Below are positions 25,793 through 38,386 of a stretch of 64,000 nucleotides of DNA, in pieces (positions within the stretch are counted from its first letter, which is position 1; each line of letters begins with the position of its first letter). The notes under the pieces were generated by a model that saw only the letters and a program-made list of their open reading frames with translations, was not told the origin of the DNA and made no database searches. The stretch is from Dipteris shenzhenensis (Eukaryota). Made by a program: the position numbers and the translations under genes. The stretch lies in assembly GCA_047967505.1 (NCBI GenBank), contig CM106538.1; one strand, written 5' to 3'.

Positions 25793-26964
25793 CTGCAGCA
25801 CGTACAAAAATTGTGGGTTTAACCAAATGAAAGGGGCCTGGTCAAATGTTACTGGCCAATCTGTGACTAAATTACAGAGAGAAAATGGTTAATTCACCCT
25901 GAGCAAATTGTTGCAACAATTATCTATTCCATGATTCTTAAGGGGCCTGTTCAAATGTTACTAGCCATCTGTGACTGATTCAAATAATTAATTCACGCTG
26001 AGCAAAGTGCAATCACACTCATGTAGGACGATCTATTTCACGATTCTTAAAATCTTCGGGGGTTTACCCAGGATACAACACAAGACGAGTATACAACATT
26101 CAATTAAGCTGTACAGCACAAAATAAACAAACCGTCATATAATCAAAACCACTGAGGCAATTTTCCATCGTATTTGGATGTAAGCTATGCTATGGCAATG
26201 AGCAAAGCATAAAAAAGTTCGACCATCCCTAAGATTTCCAAACACAGAGGGCGCTATGTAAGACCCAGTTTCACCACCATATTCATTTCTAGCATTAGTG
26301 TCATGCTATTAGTCAAAATGCGCATGTATTTCATTTTTTGTGCACATGTATTACTGACTGTGTGTGTAGATTCCTTGTTTCAGACCGCTGCACACATGGT
26401 CACCCTTTTCACAGTCAAAGAACTAAATTAGGCATGTGGTTGATCACTTGTAACAAACACGAAAACTAATGCTGAACGACTGAATGCAGACATTGAAGCC
26501 ACACACAACTCACATCACACAAACGTGCATACGTGTATATAGTGGTGGCTCAATAGTGGAAAGCAACCAGCACTGCCCCCGGTAGAGTATTTCTTTATGC
26601 TATCCCAAAACGCAGACAGTACAACTGAGAAGGCAGGCTGCTCTTTTTAGAGGTGCAGACACAGGCCTTCCAGTAAGGATGGAGTCGAGGGGAACTGACT
26701 GGCCCTCCTCTCCTACTCCCTGTTCGAATACAGGCTGCCCAGCTGCCCGGCGGCGGTCGTAAAGAGTCCTGTGATAAACTCAACGGCCTCCCAAAGTTGA
26801 TGCTATTGGCATGGATGACTGAGGGGCAGACTATAGACTGCTGAACTGTCCCAGATCAGTGACAGACTTGGGCTGATCTAGGCTATTCCAAGGCCAACCC
26901 TGCTAAGATTTAGTAAAGGCCAACACAAGATTCAAACAGGACGAAAAAGATGGAGGAAGAAAAT

Positions 26965-27078
26965 CGATGGAGGAAGAAAAAAAGAGCACCCCATGGATGC
27001 CAATCAACTGCTCCATGGCGAATACAAACGATGGAGGAAGAAAAAAAAAGCAGCCCATGGATGCCAATCAACTGCTCC
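26965..27078. repeat. ~60-bp duplicated unit within probable LTR-derived DNA
   Basis: CGATGGAGGAAGAAAAAAA...CCCATGGATGCCAATCAACTGCTCCA occurs twice. Confidence 0.75.
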
Positions 27079-28559
27079 AGAACAAACCCCTCCTATACAT
27101 CTGCTGTACACCTATGTCCACTCAGATCTGCCTTGCACTGCCATTCACCATACACCAGGATAGCACACCGCTCTACTTTCTTCATCTGCTCAGATAGTGC
27201 CAGCTCAGCCAGATCAGCATCGACAGCCTCAAGCCATATTTGCCATATGCAATCTGTCAGATATGCAGTGGAAGTATGCATATGGGAGAGAGATGCAGAA
27301 TTGTAATTAGAGAGAGAAGAAACTGCGATTAGAGAGAGAGCGTGCTGCACAATGAACTGCAAGTGACTGCAAGAAACTCATACTGGAAAAACCTCTGCTC
27401 TTTACTGATAAGAAAAACCACAACTTGGAAGATACAACCCAGAGCAGAACTGCACCCTGAAACACTCCACATACAGGCTGGAATCTGTGCCTATATTAGA
27501 CTGCAAACTGAACTAGAACTGCACCTCAGAATGGATACACAGTGGCAGAAACTGTGCCACTACATGATACAAACAATGGGCCAAAGTGCCCTATTTATAG
27601 CAGGGGGTAGGAAGCAGATTGGCCGACTTAACCCCACAAAGAAGCCCTCAGTCCCTATAGTACAGACAGGAGATGCCCAGAACAGATGTATGATGATTCT
27701 GTAGCAAAATCTAGCTTCTATTAAAAGTCAGAACTTTCAAATTGACCATTTTGGAAAGGCTTCTGTCAAAACAAAGGGACATTTTTCACCCTCCGGTCCT
27801 CAAAGAGAGCAGAATGACTCGAATGACCCTACTGCTAAAAGGTTTTTGTTACATAATGATCAGCATAGGAAGGCCATGAAAGACCGTCTATGTCTAGTAA
27901 ATATCATATAGCCACTAATGGCCCTAGTTAGTCAATAAAAACCATTTGGATAAGGATTGTTGGAAACTGTGTGGTCACCTCCCCATCTGTAAGCCCCCAT
28001 ATGAGGAGAGCATGGGGGGGTGAACCAAGGAGTGATGTGGCTGCCACATGGGCAGCACTTTGACTGCCATGTAGGCAGCCAGCTCACAACAAAATATGTA
28101 AACATGGGGCTGCCACATGGGCAGCACATGGGCTGCCATGTGGTCAGCAGGTTCATGGCAATCCCTGGCAGTTCTAAGCCTCCATGGCGGACAGCAGGGG
28201 TACTAAGGTGCCACATGGCTGTCAATGATTGGTGGGAGCAGGTATACACAGGAAAACCAGCCAGGAAAACAAGGCGATGACATGGCACCGACGTCAGCAA
28301 CAACTGGAGGTCTCCAGCAGACTATATGGAGGTCTGTGTAGAGGATCCAGGGGCTGGAGCCCTGGAACAGAGGCGTATCATCAGACACCTGTTTTGGAGC
28401 AGGTTCTGGCCAAGATTTAGAGCTGGAGTAGAAATATAGTCGCAGGTGTTTATCTCTTGGTCTGTAGGCATGCCATGTTGATCCAGATGACTGTTTTCCC
28501 AGAAGCTGGTTGACCATCACCATTTGGTAAAAATTCACACAACTTCTCCCTGCTTGCTC

Positions 28560-30280
28560 ACTGCTGCTCCATATCCTTCGTTTCAGCCCCCCCCCCCCCT
28601 TTCCAACCTTCTGCCTCCATTTCGCCAGCCGCCGAGCTCCTCCTGGCCGTCCTGTGACCTCTTCCTGCACCTCGCTGGCACTGCCGCCTACCATGAAGTC
28701 CCATCAAGCCCCCCTTCATGCCAGCTGTGTGGACTAGCTATTACCCCCCCTCGTGCCCTTGGGTGCAGCTGTGCCCAACCAGCTGGTTGGCAGCTGGCCT
28801 GCTCGTTGCCCGTGCTTCCCTTGGGTGTGGCGCACGCATGGCGCAGGCTATACCCCCCCCCCTCGTGCCCTTGGGCACAGCCGTGCCCAACCAGCTGGTT
28901 GGCAGCTGGCCTGCTAGTCGCCCGGGCTTCACTTGGGTGTGGTGCACGCGTGGCACAGTCCTGTGCTGCCCCCTCCAAGCTGCCTCTAGGGGGTGCAACC
29001 CCTCCGTTAGAGGAGGCTCCTTCAAGGCCTCAGCCCTCTACAAGGCCACTGCGGGCGGATAAGGCCTGTGCATCAAGTCTCAGCCGCAAAGTGGGCGGGT
29101 GGTTTCTTGGCAAGGTTCCAGGTTCGAGAGCTTTCTTCTAGGAGTTCTCAAGGCTTTTGGTTTTTTCGGTGCTGTCCTTTCATCCCTCAAGGAGCAGCCC
29201 ACAGCCAGCCCTCTCCTTTGGGCTTGCTGGTTTTTTGTTCTAAGTTATTTGGAATAGGATTCAGATGGACTCTCCCCTTCGTACCTTCAATGGGTTCTTC
29301 CATTTGCTGGCCTTGCTTCTCAGCCTTTGGGGTCTTATGGGAGGCCTTTTCCCGTCTCCTAGCCTCCCTGCTTTTGTCCTTTTACATCCCTTCTCGCAGC
29401 ACAGCGGAGTGTCTTGTCTTCTGAAGATCGAATCTTAGTGGTGACCGGCGGTTTGGCCAGAGAGGCTCACATTGCAACACCCTCGACTACCCCAAGCCGT
29501 TAAGGTTCTTCTCTCTCCAGAGGACAAATATCAAGTGAAGAAAGCAGTAGAATCACTACATGACAGGGCCGTGGTAGGCAGGATTGTTGGCCTCACGCCA
29601 TCCAAGACCCAAATTCATGATTGGATCCAAGCAAGCTTAGCATTGGATGGAGACCACATTCAGGAGGTCACCATCTATGGAAGAGGGCTTTTACCTTCTC
29701 CATCTCAGCTCCCTCCACACTACTCGATCACTAGTGGAGCATAGCCGGATCCTTTTGGGCCCGCATCTAGTTTACCTTTTCCCTTGGTATGATGGGTGCA
29801 CGGTTCATGATATGGAGTCCACCCATCACGTACCTCACTTCCTTGTGACACTCCAATTCCCAAGGCTACTCGAGGAGTACAAGCCCATTCTTCACTCCAT
29901 TGGGGGAGCCTTTTGCACGGCGTTGGAGCTGTTCCTGGGACGACCGCCTCAGTAGTTGCAAATGATGGGGTCCCCAAGCTCATGTTGATTGTGGAATGTC
30001 TAGAGACTCTCCCGAAGGAGATCTTTCTGGAGACACTAGATGGTGGTGAGTTCAGACAGCGGCGGATGACACCTGGCCAAGAATTGCAGAAGAGGACAGA
30101 GTAGAGATGCCCCTCAGCCACATCCCGAGCAACGACGAACACCTCGACCAAAGGGAGCACATCCTGGGACAGGTCAATGGATGGAGTCCCAGACACCATG
30201 GGTAGAGCCTTCTAGTGGGGTCTGGACCAAGGTGAAGCGAAAGAAACCCAACAAGAATGCCCTAAAGCAGCGAAGATGTC
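28560..30280 (+). mobile_element. 5' part of an L1-type LINE: GC-rich repeated leader and decayed ORF1
   Basis: Frameshifted ORF1-like (DUF4283-type) sequence LHDRAVVGRIVGLTPS...IHDWI...GFYLLHL...LVYLFPWYDG. A ~110-bp duplicated unit lies at 28745-28960. Confidence 0.65.
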
Positions 30281-31148
30281 GTGCCAAGCAGTAAGAGCGG
30301 AGGAAGACATAGTGTGAGGCCACTCCTCAATCGTAGGGGAAGGATTCCCGGCTATCACATGCGTCCACACTCTCCTTGGGCCTACCACAGGAACACTCTT
30401 GCCTCTGGGTGCTTGCTAGAACCTGTAGGAGTCTTGAAGGGACTGCAAACAACACACATGCACTACAAAAAGCTGCAAAGCAACAATGAACAAAGAAAAA
30501 TAGAACCTGGAATCAATTCCCATTCTCTCTCGCAGAGGGGCGAGCCCCTTCCTCGCACCTATCCTCTATACAGGCCCCCCACAAGGTGCAAGTGACTTCA
30601 GCAATCAGGATAAGAGAGTAACGAAGGTAGAGAGCAGAGGGTGAACAAGAAAGAGCTGTAGAGGAAAGATGGTCCACAGATCTGCCCCGAAATGACTGCC
30701 TTGGGATCTGTGCACGAGTCCTTCTAAGAGAGCATGCCAAAAGCAACAGGGAAAGTTCCTCCTGCAGCCTGCACTGGTCTAGAACAGCTCTTGACGCCAC
30801 CACGCAGCCAGAAACACGTGCAGAAAGGTCCATAACAACAAAAGACAACCTCGGGCACCTGCTGGAGGCAACCGTACGAGCGTCCGTACAGTTCATACAA
30901 AAATTTTCAGAAAGTTAAAAAATGACTTCTCGCACTTTCTAGAAATGTGTACTAGCCTTGGAACAGCTGAAACAGGCTTAAAACAGCTGAAAATAGGCTT
31001 GAAACAGTTGAAACAACTCAAAAACTGCACAAGAACAACTGAAAACATCCAGCACCTCTGGGAGAGTGAGGGGAGAGAGATGGAAGGTGGGGGAAGGGCA
31101 TGTTGTCACCATGCTGTAAAATATTCCGAAGTCAAAGCATAAGTTGAC

Positions 31149-31787
31149 CATGGTTGTAAGATACGTTAAGACACGACACGTTAGACACGCTTCAAACACG
31201 AGTGTCTAAAGTGTCTTAAAGATAAGACATGTAAGACACGCCATTGTGGTAATAAATATTTAATTAATATATGTATAAGTATACAAATGTACAACTTGCT
31301 AGCATAGCTAGCTGCTAGATTCTAGAAGTACAATAAGCTACACTTAAATAATGCAAGAAGAAACAATGCACTTATACAATGTAGTTAAGAGTCAAGACTT
31401 GTCACTCAAGTCTTAAAAGTTAAAGTTAAGACTCACGCCTGAAGAGCTCGCAAGTTTTGAGTACTTTAAGGTTTAAACTGACAATTGAATCTTGTCACAT
31501 GTGACATGAATGAAAACTGCATCTCGATACATATAATTGAAAGGAAGCTTTCGACTCTCAAGACTCAAATCTCTGAAGATTCATCCTAATCTGAATCTAT
31601 GAGGTCACTGCCACTACTAGATCCAAAGTCACCATCAATGATAGCATGGCTAAGTCAAACTCAATGTGTGTTGTTACTCCCCACCCACCCAAAAAAAAAA
31701 AAAAAAAAAGAGTGTCTAAAGGTGTCTTAAGGTAAGACACGTGTCTTAAGTGTCTTATCATAAGACACGAGTGTCTTAACAACCATG
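31149..31787. mobile_element. Non-autonomous hAT DNA transposon (MITE, 639 bp)
   Basis: TIRs CATGGTTGT.../...ACAACCATG, a perfect 8-bp TSD AAGTTGAC (31141-31148 and 31788-31795), and subterminal AGACACG/GTGTCT repeats. Confidence 0.93.
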
Positions 31788-32214
31788 AAGTTGACCATTT
31801 ATTGATAATAAGTAAAGAGTTTTTCATATAGGTTAATTATGGTCAAAAGAGTTCTTTTAATGGTCAAAGAATTGACTACGGTCAAAGATACTTGACTTTG
31901 GTCAAGTAAGCCTGATTTCGGTCAAGGAGACTTGGTTTATTACCAAGAGAGTTAAATGCAGTTAACCAGAGAACCATAGAGCTGACTACGGTCAGAGAGT
32001 GTTAACTTCGGTCAACGAGACTTGGCATGTGCCAAGAGGGTTAACTACGATTAACCAAGTTGTGCTCGCTTCGGTTGGAGAGATGTGCCAGCTTCGGTTG
32101 GAGAGACTTGATCATAATTAAGGCACCTCGACCATTGGTCAAAGCTCCCTTAATTATGATCAAGGGCATTGACTCCGGTCAACCAAGAATATCAATATTT
32201 GTTATGTGCACATG

Positions 32215-35200
32215 TGTTCAGTGGGGACACCCACCGTGACTAGGATTAGTCCACAGATTCTTATTTGCATGCAAAGCGCTAGCAATTAATTGGTTCCATG
32301 GTGGTGCGCTTTTATTAATTGTTACAGGTACTACGAGGTGCTAAAGACCCAAGCAATTTCACATAGACAGCTCTACACTCAACTATGTACTCAAATTCTC
32401 TCTTCATGAATAAAATTCTTCGAGGGGTCTAGCCCGATGATTGCCCTGGGCCCTAGTGTGTTTGTAGAGAGAGGGAGAGCGAGGGAGAGCAAGAGAGAGT
32501 GTTTGCAGTAGATTCCACAGTTAGAAAAAGCACATCACCAGCGTTTTGCACATGCATACACATGCATGACAAATGGCACCTCCTTGCCATCTGTCCCTTC
32601 ATTAAAGTCCTAACCCCCATACCAAGGACAATGTTGGTTGTCCTTGAACCCAACTTTTAGACCCGCCTTTTAAAGCCTCTGCCTTGTCCCTAGGACCTAG
32701 TGGTATACCTAGACTTTGTCCCTAGGAACTTCTAGAAAGCGTGCACTTTCTCTAGCCAGTCCCTCACGGCCAAACCATTACTACACTTAACCATGGTTAA
32801 CCATGGGTTAAGCGTGGGTTGAGTTATAAAGATACTTTACATCACTTTTCACGTCCCCGTGACATACCCTGCTCTTAAAATAGAAAACTACCCACGTTGC
32901 TGCTAAAAAATTACAGTGAAAGTAAACTAAATAGGCAAAAATAGCACATACCACCAGAATATACATTATCTGTAAAATACAACCTGCAATGATAATATGA
33001 GCTAGGAGAGCACGAGAGTCCATCCATACATCAATGCATCCTCTATGTCGAGTGTCATGAACACCCATCAGGGAGACCTCACGGCAGAAATACTATCAAC
33101 AAGCAGCATCTCAAGCGAGACAATCGATGCCACTAAGCGATCTCCAGATACATGAGCAGTCTGAATCAAGGAATGAGAGGTGCTACCCTCCTCTCGAGCA
33201 CTAGGCAATGCTCCAGAACTCTGCTCTTCTGAACCTATAGGAGGCTGTTCCGCAATGGGCGAAAGCTAATACGTGTTCAGATAGAGCTACAAAATCTGAG
33301 ATAACTCTGTAGAGTCACCCTCCTCCATCCACTTCGCATCCAGTGCAAGATAATTCTCGATCTTCACCAAGTAGCGACGGGAAACTCTACCTTTCACTAT
33401 TATTTCCATATGTGCCAAAATCTGTTCCGGAACGAAGATTTCATCCAACTCTTCAAACCTCGGGCTGATCCTCATGAAGCAGTTCAGTAGGCACATCACG
33501 TTGGAAAGGCTTCAATAAACTCACATTACATGCATTGTGTATGGTCCAAGTGGCAGGTAGCTTCAGCCTATAAGCTACATCATTAATGCGTTCGAAAACC
33601 TGAAAAGGACCATAATACCTAATCTTCAGCTTGATGTACACTTTGGTCTTGCCTTTCATCTTCCTGAGTCGTGCTTTCTGAAAACCCAATCGTCCTCTTT
33701 CAAGAGTAACTTCAACGATGCTTATCTGTTAACAGCCCGTTTGTGCTTCTCTTGGCTTTTTTGGAGGGCTGTTTTGACCTTCTAGTAAGCAACATCCAAG
33801 CTCTCCACAAATCTGTCCGCTTCAAAAATCTTCTCTTTCGTATGTAGAATAGGGTACCTTCTGTTCTCCTGCCACAATTTCAAAGGGGGCTTTGCCTGTG
33901 GATGAGTGTACAGTGTTGTTGTAAGCGAACTCAACAAGTGGCAGAAATTGCTCCCATTTCAATTGCTGATCTGAAACATAACACCTGAGAAGATCAAGGA
34001 CAGTGGAGTTGTTGCTCCCATTTCGATTGCTGATCTGAAACATAACACCTGAGAAGATCAAGGACAGTGGAGTTGGCTTCTTCAAACTGCCCATCAAATT
34101 CAGGATGAAAAAAGGATGAGTAATTCAGCGTGGTACTCATATTCTCAAAGATACCTCTCCAGAAAAGACTTGTCATCCGCGGGTCTCTATCATTGACAAT
34201 TGATTGAGGCATCCCGTGATGTTTCAACACATGAGACATAAAAAGTCTCGCCATCTAGTATGCTGTTATTTTCTTCCTTATGGGAATAAATGGGCCTGCT
34301 AGCTGAATCTGCAAATAATGGTCCATATCCCATCATGTCCCGATGGTGTATGAGGAAGGTCAAAGATAAAATCCATGGCAATGCTCTGCCAGGGTCGATC
34401 GAGAATAGGTAAAGGCTGCAGCAATCCAACTCGCTTCTGTCTGTTATATTTCACCTTCTGGCAGGTGATGCATGTCCTGACATATGCCTCGACATCCTTC
34501 CTCAATGACGGCCAAAAGAAATAGTGCTCCACAGCTTTGATGGTGGCATCAATGCCTCTGTATCTTGCATAGGTGGAGCATGACTCTCTGCCAAAACTTT
34601 GGACCACAACTATTTCGTGGCATACAGTCTACCATGCATCATCAGAAATCCTTGTTTGAGAGTATAGTGCTCATGCCTCAGTCCATCAACCAACTGATCA
34701 TAAATACGTGAAAAATCAGCATCATGGGCATATTGATCCTTCATGGCATCAAGCTCATCATGATATGCAATGATAACTGCTGAAACTTGTGGTTTAATAG
34801 ACACTGCATCTGGAGTGGGCTTTCGTGAGAGTGCATCCACAACAACATTCTTCTTCCCAAGCACATGCACATTCTGAAAATGAAACATAGAAAGAAAATT
34901 TGCCAACCTCATATGCTTCTCAAACAACTTTCTCTGAGTGAGAAAGTACCGCAGTGATTGATGATCTGAACATGAAAATCAGCACCCGAAAGATAATTCT
35001 TCCAAGTCAAAGAGCATGTATGACAGCCAGCATCTCTTTCTCATAGATGCCAAAATTCATTTCAGCATCCTGGAGCACTCTACTCTCGTATGCCACGACT
35101 CTTCCATCCTGCATAAGTACCCCTCCTACGCTGTTCCCACATGCATCTACTTGGACAGCGAAGGTTTTGCAAAGATCTGGCAAAATAATCACAAGATCTG

Positions 35201-35413
35201 AGCAGAGTTTTTCCTTCAGTAGATTGCAATTTCTTTGGGACCCCATCTGAAAGTGGCCCCTTTCTTCTGTGAGGCATGTAAAGGAGATGCAATCTCTACA
35301 AAATACCGAATGAACCTCCTGTAGTATGAGCACAAGCCCCGAAAGCTGCGTACTTCATGGATGTTCTTCAGGTGTGGCCAATTCTTGATGGCCTCTACCT
35401 TGGCGGGGTCCAT
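32215..35413 (-). mobile_element. 3' half of a decayed chromovirus-type Ty3/Gypsy element (element W)
   Basis: RT C-terminus, RH (VQVDACG), INT (SIAMDFIFDLP, YYGPF) and chromodomain (RRYLVKIENY...KW). PPT AAGAGCAGGG precedes a ~650-bp 3' LTR at 32215-32864. Confidence 0.85.
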
Positions 35414-35414
35414 C

Positions 35415-35972
35415 CCTCACGGCTCAAGGGCATGCATACTCTTTTTCTGCAAATCTTTGATTTCTCTGCTTTTCTACTTTTTCTGACAGTAAATACTCTC
35501 TCAGATAGGTGAAAACTGCTAGCAGAAACAGTCTCTGCAACTGTCCCTTTTTTTTTCGGGACAGTAACCAGATGAAGTAACCAGTTGGTTACACTAACCA
35601 GACTGATTGGTTTTGGTTTGGTTAGTCTGCAACTAGACTAACTAGATTGGTCACAGTCTGGTCACAGTTACCAGACTAGTCTGGTTGAGTCAAGTTAGGC
35701 CAGACTAACTAAACCAGTGTGAAACTAAGTGTGTTGAGGTTAGCTTAACGGTATGCTACCTCAGTTGTCTTGCTGGCAGTCTAGGCTAGCTACCACGTGT
35801 CTTGCCACGTCATCTATTGGGTTGCCTGCCACGTCATCTGACACGTGTCCACATGACACATCAGCAAGTCCTTGTGCACTGCCATGTCAGCGCTTGTGCC
35901 ATGTCATCAGGAGCCTAAGGTTCCAAACCTTGGCTCTAGCCAGTGTCGCGCCGGCGCCCTGTTCCCTTCTAC
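35415..35972 (-). promoter_or_regulatory. LTR U3-like fragment rich in G-box/ABRE motifs
   Basis: Starts TGTAGAAGGG on the minus strand. CACGTG, GACGTGGC and TGACG motifs cluster at 35790-35910. Confidence 0.5.
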
Positions 35973-36395
35973 AGCGTGATAACCACTCTGCATTCCAGAC
36001 CCCTGTAACCTATCCAAAATATCATCTATCCTGAGTATAGAGAATCTATTCTTAGTGGTAATTTCCTGAGTACAGACCTGCAGAGTGGTTATCACCAGAT
36101 TAGAATTCAGCCAAAGGATGTTCACAAAACAGCATTTCATACCACATTTGGTTTGTCACGCCATTTGGGTTAACCAATACACCTGCCACCTTCAACAGAA
36201 TGATGGACATGATTTTTAGAGAACATCGAGCCTTTGTTGGCACTTTCTTCGATGACATCATCGTATTCTCTCAGGATGAGGCTGAACATAAGAAGCACTT
36301 GGTAATTATTCTTGAGGAACTCCGGAAGCATATGCTGCTTGTCAATGCTAAGAAAAGTGAATTTTTCATGCATGAGATCCATTTTCTTGGGCACA
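35973..36395. pseudogene. Rearranged Gypsy RT fragments in opposite orientations
   Basis: KNRFSILRIDDILDRLQGS on minus (~36000-36060) abuts DLQSGYHQIRI...FFDDII on plus (~36075-36395). GCAGAGTGGTTATCAC is present on both strands. Confidence 0.75.
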
Positions 36396-38386
36396 TTAAA
36401 CAAATGCATTCTGAGTGCTTTTTGCAGCAACCAAGAAAGGGGCAGCACAGTTGTTTATGCTTTGGCCACTCTGTGGGTATATATGCCTTGAGTTGACAGC
36501 CCGGTACTGGCATAGATTGTGAATGCAAGACACCTCTTGTTGAGGTAATTTTTCTCTTTGAAAAGCAAAGGCAGTGTGCATCAGTTGCATACACAGTGTG
36601 TGAGAAACTTACAGATCTCATACGAGTTGTAAGATAATGGCTCAATCACCTATCCAGTGGGATTCGCAAGATAGGGATGCACATCCAAGACATAGAAGTG
36701 TGCAGCAAACTCAACAAGAATTTGAGCAGATGGTACGCACTCGTATGCAGGAGATGGAACATCTCAGAAGGGATCCAAGAGCTCAGCATTTGTTTCAAGT
36801 AGAAACTATGCCTAATGCAGCTTATGATGTGCCAATGCCAGAGGCACACTCTCGTGTACAACCAGAGAGAGAGAGATCTCATAGGAGACGGTCTCATAGC
36901 AGGAAGAGATCAAGGCATCATCATCGATCTCCAAGTCCTTCACCGTCTACCTTGAGCTTGACTTCTATATCTTCTTCTTTATCAGATAACCATCCAGGAA
37001 AAGAAGGAAACACAAGAAGTCTAGGAAGAGCAAGTCTTCCAAAGAGACCAAGGAATTCAAAGATGGAGGTAAATCTGTCAAGTTTATGACCTATAATGGA
37101 CAATATGGTCATACAGACAAAGCATTGCAGTTCATTAGACAGTTTGATGCTGCATTCGGTACAGAAAAGTTTTCAGAATCCTCCAAGTTGAGGATGGTCA
37201 GTTTGCACTTGACAACGACAGCTAGTGCATGGTGGAGTGCACAGACCACAGATGGGTCAGCCCCAAAGAGGTGGAAGGGCTTCAAGAAAGCCTTCTATCA
37301 ACAGTTCATGCCTAAACAGTTTAGAGATCATGTTCTTCAAGATTGGGACAGTTTACATATGGATGCAGGAGATACGGTGGATGTGTACAACCAAAAGTTT
37401 TGGGATGCTTATTTGCAGGTTGCACCTTTCAAAAAGATCTCCAAAAGAATCCAAATGAGAAAGTACAAAGCAGGTCTCAGTCCAAAAATCCACGCAGTGG
37501 TGAATGCTTCGGGGACCAAGAACATTCAAGACATTATGCATTCAGCTTCAGTAGCTAGTCTCGTGCCGTTGCAAGATCCATCCACAGTGCTATCCTTGCA
37601 TGCAGGAACTGCTAAAAGGAAGAAAACTGATTTTTCAAAATCAGAAAAGAAAGAGTATCTCAAGGTTGAAAAGAAAGGGTTTCAGCCTCAGAAACCGAGG
37701 GGTACTCAGCTTACAAAGTCATATAAAGGCATATCCCCATACACTCCTGAACAGATAGCTGAATTCAGCACAGATGGGAAACGCTTTAGATGTGGAAAAG
37801 AGAGGCATATGGCTGCCCAGTGCCCTGAGAAGCCTTCGAGTTCTAAGGAGCAGAAAAAGCCACAAGAACCACCGAGCCCAATGGTGGGAGCAGCCCCAGA
37901 TGTTTTGGGTAGTACCTCAGACCCAAAGGAAAAAGAACTTTTGCTATCATGGGGAAAGATAAGAGATCAGCAAGCATTAATCCTCTTTGATCCCGGGTCT
38001 ACAAACAATTTTATATCAGAAGATTTAGCCCTGAGATTAGGGATTAAAACTTAAGAGCTAGGCACAGCTCTTGATGCTGATCAAATGTTCCAGGGAAATC
38101 CAGTGCAAGTTACTCCTTTGATTGGAAAGCTTCGTGTCCATGTGTAGAGCTATGTAGATCAGGAGGACTTCTTAATTTCTCCTCTCAAGCAGCATGATGT
38201 TGTACTTGGTACACCGTGGTTCCATCGAAAGGAAGTAACGATAGAATACCCTAAGAGGGTGCTGAGTTTTATCCATAGAGGGGAAAACCAGCGTTTAGTT
38301 GCCAGGATTAAAGGGGAAACTATTTCCCTTGTATCTGATGTTACATGTGGTAAAGCAATAAAGTCAATTTCCACATACATGGTTTT

